Notes under the pieces: generated by a model | The model's input: the letters and a program-made list of their open reading frames with translations, nothing else | Told to the model about the DNA's origin: nothing | Databases searched by the model: none | Part shown: one piece after another, positions 54,991-64,000 of the stretch | Numbering within the stretch: the first letter of the stretch is position 1 | Layout of the letters: each line of letters begins with the position of its first letter | Assembly (NCBI RefSeq): GCF_003918875.1 | Contig: NW_025765481.1 | Span: 1,178,001-1,242,000, forward strand | Reading direction: 5' to 3' | Source of the DNA: Haliotis rubra | Lineage: Eukaryota | Length of the DNA: 64,000 nucleotides | Program-made: the position numbers and the translations under genes

Positions 54991-56086
54991 GCCAAACTGT
55001 ATCGCTAACAATCGTATGACGTCATGATATTATGCATGCAGTTCACGGAGTTGGAAAACCGTTCGATTAGCTGTTTTTGAGTTCACTATGTATACAATTA
55101 TTTTACCGACGTTCACTGCCTTCTTTAAACTATTGTATACATTGCAGTGTTTGCACACTCAACCTTAACATAATTAGCCATTTATATAGCAGTTATAAGC
55201 TTGTAGGAATATGTTTCAGTGATTTTAAAACTCCAGTCGAGAGGCAGACGCCATTTTGTTTACATGTCATATAATCAGTAGCGAGCTTATCGATCTAAAG
55301 ATTTAATAAAAAGAAAATTTGTACTCCGGCTCGGGTAACACTGCTACAAAGACGCGTACAAAAGACCGTATTACCCTCGAGAGAAGCATACAACTTTATC
55401 CTGTTTATGGGATTGGTATCCCAACCTGATATTCAACCTAGGAAATGGAAAACCAAGAGTCACCACCCTGCACAAGATCACTTCATACGGATCTTTCATC
55501 TACATCATATCATGCCACCAGGACCAATACTGCAGGTCATGCCTCTATTTTCAAGGGTCTATCGGACCATACATTCAGGAATCGGGCGGGGATTCGACCT
55601 AACTGGTATTTGTTCCTGGATTGAGATGTTTGCATAAACGACAACTTTAAGATTTAGCCAAATGGATAAACTGGAATATTATCCAACGTAATTATGTGTT
55701 ATGTGTTTTGCTTGGTTCCAGCTATTGTAACCCCCATAATGTGCATAAGATAATGTCCAATGTTTCAAAGGTAGTTGTTGGTGTAGAAATAAATAGATTC
55801 ACAAGGCGACAACAATGAGTTAGCTTCAAGTTTTATTTAACAATCAGTTTTACACAATGTAGGAGTAAACACTCACAGGTATAAATCATGCCTCAGTCAT
55901 ATAATACACTATTTGAATATGTACAAAGAAACATCACAGTCTCACACATTAGGGTTCATCAGTCAAAGAAAGTCTGACATTGCTTGAAGTTATTAAGAAA
56001 GGAATTTTTGTAACACTCGTTTAGTAAACTATAATATGGAAATGGTAAAATGATCCATGTATGATCAATATATCCATGGTCGTTGC

Positions 56087-57594
56087 CTAGTTATCCATTG
56101 TTGTCATAACGTCGATCCTCGTGGTCGAAGCTGTAGTCGTAGTTGTTGTTGAAGTCGTTGTCTTAGCAGATGCAGCTGAAGAATAAGTAGGAACGTATGA
56201 ACACAAGAAATAGCTTTTGTATTCCTTTTTCAACAGATATATTCCATCACATGGTATGCATCAATCTCATGCGTTATAGAAACGGACTTTGTTTGAGAAA
56301 ACTAGTCAATACCTGAGATTAAACTTCGTTTTCACAGGGATATCTGAAAAACTCAAAATAACAGTAGTTCCAGACATTTTAAAGGGAAAGAAAAATGCAA
56401 GTTAACAAGGAAGCAATTCTTTAGGATAACAAGAGATCGAATGCAACAAGTTCCATTGCTAACTTTAAAGCCTGTAGTAATCACGAAATTCATAAATGTA
56501 AAGATTCATTCCTCTGTTATACTTACTTATGCAAATAAGATGCTTGACTGGATTCACAGAATACACAAGGTAGTAATCATTGCCCGTTAGAAAAACTCGA
56601 TAACGATTTCCTGTCATGGCCAACAACTCTTGAGAAGGGGCGTAGTGACCGTAACCGACGCCAATGATGGAGACGTGATCCGCCCTCAGCAGCAGGCTCT
56701 CGGACACTGTGGAGAAATAGTTGTCTGATTGCTGTGGGGTGACGACAATGACGATACGAGCGGCGTTTGGACGACCGTCTGTCTTGAAGTAGGACCTGAT
56801 GGACCTGAGAGCCAGAAAGGTTCTTGCTCCCAGGAATTCCGGTCTCCATGTCTGAATAGCTAACTGAAGGTCGTTTGGGTTGCTGGTGAAAGGTGCAAGG
56901 ACTCTGACGGTGTTGCTGACTGCGACGATGGACAGTCGGACTTTGCTGTAGTCGCACTGGGAGACGAAGGTCTTGAGAAAGTGGACAAGCCCCGGGGACA
57001 GAACAACTCCTCCCCAACTGTGATACATGGTCGCTTTGGAGTCAACGACAGCAATTACAATGTCGGTGTCGACTGGCACTGAACATTCTGAAAACATATA
57101 TAAAGAAAGGATATAACAACATTTTTTGGTACCTTTTTCTTCAGTGAACTTAATCGCTGTATAGTACTTTTAACAAATGTTTAAGCGTACAACTTAGTAG
57201 AGGGCATGTGTGATTGCACTTTGCACATTAAATGCCAAAATCTGAACTACAACCATCCTCCTATATGCTTGTACATGATCCAAATACTATTATGCCCTTT
57301 CCAGGTACAACTGCATTATGAGACAGGTAAAACTGTAAGATAGACTGGCATCTGTATGTATAAGAACTCACATTATCTACGTCCATTTGTCGTACGTTGA
57401 ACATGTGTCGTAGGCTTAACTTGTATAAGACATTTATCCTTTCACAAAGACACTTTATATTGTTAACCCTTTGCTTCAAGAAGGTAGAGTTGTAATCGAC
57501 GTTACTCACGTGAAGCTGAGGCGTATCCTGCCAACACGAAACAGACGGCCAGGCAAACGAGGTGCAGACGAACAGACGACATCAGAAACTCCAT
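56087..57594 (-). CDS. Secreted single-vWA protein, gene 4 (exons 57594-57510, 57087-56527, 56175-56087)
   Basis: Signal exon MEFLMSSVRLHLVCLAVCFVLAGYASA. 561-nt vWA exon. Last exon TASAKTTTSTTTTTTASTTRIDVMTTMDN*. Promoter at ~58180-58370. Confidence 0.9.
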
Positions 57595-57685
57595 CTAAAT
57601 GTTAAACCAAATGACTAAACGTTTATGAATAATGGATATGAAGAGATGACAACGAAACATATATCTAAAATTCAAACCGATAATA

Positions 57686-57934
57686 GACCCATGAATTTAA
57701 GGGTTGGAATATTGGCCGTCAGTAACCCTGCTTGTCGTAAGAGGCGACTAACGGGTTCGGGTGGTCAGGCTCACTGATTTGGTTGACAAATGTCATCGGT
57801 TCCCAATTGCGCAGATCGATGCTCATGCTGTTGATCACCGGTTTGTCTGGTCCAGGATCGATTATTTACAGACCGCCGCCATATAGCTGGAATATTGCTG
57901 AGTGCGGCGAAAAACTTAACTCACTCACTCACTC
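57686..57934 (+). mobile_element. SINE family B in intron 1 of gene 4
   Basis: Full consensus. TSD aaccga(t/c)aata. Absent from the homologous intron of gene 5. Confidence 0.9.
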
Positions 57935-59164
57935 CAACCGACAATAGTCCGTGTAAAACAATTCTTGTCCAGACTAATATTCGTAGCAAAGGTAAATTCA
58001 TCGGAGTGATAATAACAATGAACTCAACTTTCTGATTTGCAGGTTATGACTTTTCATACAATTTTCATCACCACTTTTATCGAGCCTGACCCGGCAGATA
58101 TTCGACACGGCCCTGATATTTTCAATTCACTGAAAATACACTAACTAAGAAACATCATACAAAAGTAATAATAGTCATGAAACTCACAGTTTTCAATCTG
58201 TTGACCCAGCGCAGACTCAAGGTAGACAGGAATGACAATGCTTCCACTGCTCCCTCTAATATAGCCAAGTGGCTGCTGCTCAGGGTTAATATCTGACTGG
58301 ACTCAGGTCAAACATCCAGCGCTTCCCCAATATTGCAAATCGAGCGTAAGTAAGAATGGTATCACTTCACGTTGATTAACCCAGATTAATTTCATTAAGA
58401 TGATAACCACTGCCGTGAGGCATGGCTCCTACGTAACATGCAGGTGGGGTGTACGCTGTTGTGTGAGAGATGCTTTTGACAGGGAGTCACAAATGTTCCA
58501 CGCTTATAAATGAAAAAGGGAACAGTTTTCCATCTTTTGATTTACTTTGTGTTCTTTTTGTTTGATCATTGTTTACTATATGTAAGTGTAAGTGTATAAA
58601 TATTGCCTGAGGGAGTGTAGTCTGCATAACATGCAGGTGGGTTTACCTTGTTGAAGCAGATATGTACAGAGTTGAAGGCTTTGATCACCAATTTAGTTTT
58701 CCACCACGATTAGTTTACGTTTACGATTGACGTTTGTTTTAGACTTGTATAATAAATAGAGGATATTGTATGAGGGCCCATGTCATACTATGTTTATGAC
58801 ACGAGTGCCTAAAGGTTGTGCCGTCGTCAAAGTGAGAAAATATAGACCCAAATCTACATCTATAGGCTGGCTACCCGCCGTCGCCGCATGTAGAACGCAA
58901 CGTCATAGAAGAAACGTGTCGCCATTGCATTGTTCATGACGTCACGTCACTATGACAAAGTGATATTTTGCCCGAGGACACCGTATGAAAAATATGAGCC
59001 CCGATATTTTCGCCCTCGTAGGTAATAATATTTTATATTGGACGAGCCATGTTGGACACACTTAATTGCAAACAACCACATTCTCTCATATGAGAAAGTC
59101 GTAGTCACATACAGTACTGATTGTTGGAATGACACATTTAGTAGAGAAATGAGTTGTCAGGCAG

Positions 59165-59650
59165 CATTGTATCAGACTGTTAGGCGGGACATCCATGTAG
59201 AAGGATGGGTTGGTTATCCATAGAGAAATAGTAGAGAAATGGATGTGTTGGTTACCCACTATTGTATCAGACAAGATATAAGCTCTCTGGTGTCTGGACA
59301 ATACTAGTGGAAGGATGGATTGGTTACTCACTATTGTATCAGACAAGATATAAACTGTCTGGTGTCTGGACAATACTAGTGGAAGGATGGATTGGTTACT
59401 CACTATTGTATCAGACAAGATATAAGCTGTCTGGTGTCTGGACAATACTAGTGGAAGGATGGATTGGTTACTCACTATTGTATCAGACAAGATATAAGCT
59501 GTCTGGTGTCTGGACAATACTAGTGGAAGGATGGATTGGTTACTTACTATTGTATCAAACAAGATATAAGCTCTCTGGTCTTTGAGTGAGTGGGTAACCG
59601 ACCCATCTTGTCTGATACAATAGAGGGTAACTAATACATCCTTCCACTAA
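59165..59650 (+). repeat. 72-bp tandem satellite array
   Basis: Unit tatcagacaagatataagctgtctggtgtctggacaatactagtggaaggatggattggttactcactattg. About 5 near-perfect units give the 24-aa repeat ORFs. Confidence 0.95.
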
Positions 59651-60419
59651 CCCATTTATGCATAGGGTCTAAGATTTTCACAATTTTTTTGTGAGTTTGT
59701 TTCATTTGGCAAGCAATGAAAGGAATGAGGTGTCATTTCACCAGTAAATGAATTTGTCCATACTTTTTTTTACACTGCAAAAGTTCGTCCCATAACAATA
59801 TGCAGATGAGTGAACTTAAATTAGGTAATTTATTAGGCTTAGGTGGGGGAGATCAACCTATGAATGCACCTATCTAACACTGCAAAATAACCCTGTGTCC
59901 ATGGTTTTCATATGTGAGGAACAGCAGAGGACTTAGGGACACATTCATCAACTGTTATGTTTGGTTCATCAGAAAACATTTTATGGGACCAAGAATGCCC
60001 ATGAAATGTTCAGGTTTCAATTTGGTAATACGCATAGTTTCATATAAAAGCCAGTTTAGTTTTATTTCATAAAAACTTTCAAATGGAAAACGGAAGATTT
60101 GAGTCAAGCCTAATATTTAAGATCACCTATCTGCATATTGTCCCATTTATGGGACGGTACTTTGGCGGAAAATTGAGTATGGAAAAATGCAAACCATATT
60201 CATTTTATTTTTCTGTTTGAACAACGAAAGTTTAAAACACATTTTAATGAACTTACATAGTTAAAATAGGGACCAATAAAAATCATCTTACCTCACACTT
60301 CACCGAACTGGCAGGTAAGGTCTACAAGTAATGTAAATATTTCAACCACTAAACAATTTACTCAGCTTCATTCACGTCTTCACTGCAATTTTCAACAATA
60401 GGAGAGGAATGCTTTTTTG

Positions 60420-61182
60420 ACACATCCTTCCACTGGTATGTACACGTCAGACAGTTTATATATTGTCTGATACAATAGTGGGTAACCAACCCATCCTTCT
60501 ACTAGTATGTCCAGACACCAGACAGCTTTTATCTTGTGTGATACAATAGCGAATAACCAACCCATTCTAACACTAGAATTGTCCAGACACCAGGCAGTTT
60601 ATATCTTGTGTGATACAATAGCGAGTAACCAACCCATTCTAACACTAGAATTGTCCAGACACTAGGCAGTTTATATTGTCTAACCAGACTAGACACCAGG
60701 CAGTTTATATCTTGTGTGATACAATAGTGAGTAACCAACCCATTCTAACACTAGAATTGTCCAGACACCAGGCAGTTTATATCTTGTGTGATACAATAGT
60801 GAGTAACCAACCCATTGTAACACTAGAATTGTCCAGACACCAGGCAGTTTCTTATCTTGTCTGAACCCATTTACACTAGTATTGTCTAGACACCAGACAG
60901 TCTTGTGTGATACAATAGTAGGTAACCAACCCATCCTTTCACTTGTATGTCCAGACACCAGACAGCTTATATCATGTGTGATACAATAGCGAGTAACCAA
61001 CCCATCTTTCCATTAGTATGCCAGACACCAGACAGTCTTGTCTGATACAATAGCGAGTAACCAACCCATCCTTCCACTTGTATGTCCAGACACCAGACAG
61101 CTTATATCTTGTCTGATACAATAGCGAGTAACCAACCCATCTTTCCATTAGTATGCCAGACACCAGCTCATATATTGTCTGA
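60420..61182 (-). repeat. 72-bp satellite array in opposite orientation (~11 units with length variants)
   Basis: Reverse complement of the 59165-59650 unit. Confidence 0.95.
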
Positions 61183-62315
61183 AACATTGAGCATGAAATA
61201 TTCTCCTATCAAAATATTATATCAATTTAGTCTGATGATAAACCCACCAACTCACCCTTCAACAGGCAGAATTAGCTTTACAACAGTGTATATCATGTAT
61301 CATATATCACATTAACTCTTTAATATGGTAAAAGAAATCTTTTCATTTTTATGTAATAATACAATAACAGTTTCCTTTCATCACTCAGTACTGTTGCATT
61401 TCGTTTGTGACTACCGATTTCTCATGGGCGAGAATGTGGTTGTTGACAATAAACCTAGAGTCGTCCAACGTGTACACGTCTCAGTGAACATCAATCTAAA
61501 ACAAACGTCAAGTGTAACGTCGTATATTACTCTTGGTGGTTTATATACAAAAAACATACTTGACGTACAACACAGTTTGGAGATCAAAGCCTTTAACTAT
61601 GTACACATATGTGAAACATTTCTATGCCTCATAGCCGTGCTACAACAACGTACACCTGCATGTTATGTAGACTAAATTCCCCCAGACAGAATGTATACAT
61701 ATACACTTACACACATTAAACAATAATCAAAGATCTCTCCCTGTTTCATTACGAGTGTGAAACATTTGTGAATCGTATCTCTCACAACACAACAGTGTAC
61801 ACCCCACCTGCATGTTATGTAGGATTTATACCTCACGGCAGTGTTTCTCATGTTAATTATATTATTCTACACTAATCAACATGAAATGACACCGTTCATG
61901 TTTACGCTCGATTTACAATATTGAGGAAGCGCTTGATATTTGACCCAGGTCCTGACCCTGAGCACTGGCGACTTGGCTATATTAGACGGAGAAGTGGAAG
62001 CATTGTCATTCCTGAGTCTGCATTGAGTCAACAGAGTGAAAACTGTGAGTTTCATGACTGTTATTACTATTTTATGACGTTTCTTAGTTAATGTATTTTC
62101 AGTAAATTGAAAATGTCAGTGACGTCTCGAATATCTGCCGGGTCAGGCTCGATAAAATTTGTGATGAAAATTGTATAACGTGATAAACTACAAATTGAAA
62201 AGTTGAGTTCATTTTTAGTTTCATTTAGATCGGTTTGAATTTTAGATATATGTTTCGTTTTCATATCTGCATATCCATTATTCATAAACGTCTAGTCATT
62301 TGGTTTACCATTTAG

Positions 62316-63816
62316 ATGGAGTTTCTGATGTCGTCTGTTCGTCTGCACCTCGTTTGCCTGGCCGTCTGTTTCGTGTTGGCAGGATACGCCTCAGCTTCAC
62401 GTGAGTAACGTCGATTACAACTCTACCTTCTTGAAGCAAAGGGTTAACAATAAATAGTGTTTTGTGAAAGGATAAATGTCATCTTATACAAGTTAAGCCT
62501 ACGACACATATTAAACCTATTATAAATGGACATAGACAATGTGAGTTCTTATACATACAGATGCCAGTCTATCTTACAGTTTTACCAGTCTACTAATGAG
62601 GTTGTCCCTGGAAAAGGCATAATAGTATTTGGATCATATGCAAGCATATAGGAGGATGGTTGTAGTTCCGATTTTGGCATTTAGACGTGTGTTCAAATAT
62701 CACACGTCTAATGTAGGTGTAATCCTACATGCCGTCTACTAAGATGTACGTTTATACATTTGTTAAAAGTACTATACAACGATTAAGTTCATTTAACAAA
62801 ATTGTACATGGAAATGTTGCTATATTCGTTGATGTTTTCAGAATGTTCAGTGCCAGTGGACACCGACATCGTGATTGCCGTCGTTGACTCCAAGGCGACA
62901 AGGTATCACAGTTGGGGAGGAGTCGTTTTGTCACCGGGGCTTGTCCACTTTCTCAAAACCTTCGTATCTCAGTGCGACTACAGCAAAGTCCGACTGTCCA
63001 TCGTCGCAGTCAGCAACACCGTCAGAGTCCTTGCACCTTTCACCAGCAACCCAAACGACCTTCAGTTAGCTATTCAGACATGGAGACCGGAATTCCTGGG
63101 AGCAAGAACCTTTCTGGCTCTCAGGTCCATCAGGTCCTCCTTCAAGACAGACGGTCGTCCAAATGCCGCTCGTATCGTCATTGTCGTCACCCCACAGCAA
63201 TCAGACAACTATTTCTCCACAGTGTCTGAGAGCCTGCTGCTGGGGGCGGATCACGTCTCCATCATTGGCGTCGGTTACGGTCACTACGCCCCTTCTCAAG
63301 AATTGTTGGCCATGACAGGAAATCGTTATCGAGTTTTTCTAACGGGCAATGATTACTACCTTGTTTACTCTGTGAATCCAGTCAAACATCTTATTTGCAT
63401 AAGTAAGTATAACAGAGGAATGAATCTTTGTGCTTATGAATTTCGTGATTACTACAGGCTTTAAAGGTATCAGTGGAACTATTTTCCTAAATAAATGCGT
63501 CCTTGTTAACTTGCGTTTTTCTTTACCTAAAACTGTATCGGAAAAATGTTATTTTTAGTTTTTCAGATATCTCTATGAAACGAAGTTTAATCTTAGATAT
63601 TAACTAGTTGTCTCCGACTACGTCTATAACGCATGGCATTGATGCATCCAATGTAATGGAATATATTTGTTGAAAAGGAATACAAAAGCTATGCTCCTGT
63701 TTTCATACGTTCCTACTTATTCTTCAGCTGTGTCTGCTAAGACAACGACTTCAACAACAACTACGACTACAGCTTCGACTACGGGGATCGACGTTATGAC
63801 AACGATGGATAACTAG
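62316..63816 (+). CDS. Secreted single-vWA protein, gene 5 (exons 62316-62400, 62842-63402, 63728-63816)
   Basis: Inverted near-duplicate of gene 4: same signal exon, 561-nt vWA exon, last exon TVSAKTTTSTTTTTTASTTGIDVMTTMDN*. Promoter at ~61885-62044. Confidence 0.9.
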
Positions 63817-64000
63817 GCAACGACCATTGGAGATATTGATTATACACTGATCATTTTACAACTTACATATTATAGTTTACTAAAAAATTGTTACAATTCC
63901 TTTCTAAATAACATCAGGCAATGTCAAGCTTTCTTTCACTGATGAACCCTAATGTGTGAGAATGTGAAGTTTTCTGCCATCTTCGTACATTTTCAATTAG

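Noticed and set aside
59086-61187. 24-aa repeat ORFs and a CRISPR-like appearance
   Set aside because: Head-to-tail 72-bp satellite with no unique spacers, eukaryotic context and no cas genes.

Overview
Eukaryotic, AT-rich, intron-containing and repeat-dense DNA from an invertebrate animal. The SINE and transposon content suggests a mollusc, possibly an abalone-type gastropod; this is inference. Main content, left to right: (1) a decayed pogo/POGK-type DD35D transposon at 1-1.5 kb; (2) a complete five-exon RPL38 gene at 4.6-11.1 kb that the ORF track misses, hosting two paralogous intronic box C/D snoRNAs; (3) a divergently oriented pair of paralogous orphan multi-exon genes at 13-26 kb with CRE-rich promoters, one of which lost its third exon at a Tc1 insertion, plus three Tc1 DD34E elements; (4) a cluster of five secreted von Willebrand A (vWA)/Thr-rich genes at 29-64 kb. 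Two genes have two vWA domains and three have one; the last two form a large head-to-head inverted duplication with mirrored 72-bp satellites, and there is also an orphan promoter copy. Unusual non-autonomous elements include a tRNA-bearing retroelement with inverted termini and a ~30-bp tail, a tRNA-less SINE-like family with a pseudoknot-forming 5' end, and a MITE carrying (TTAGGG)n. All gene models were read by eye from GT-AG sites. Several frameshifts fall in homopolymer or dinucleotide runs and may be assembly errors.
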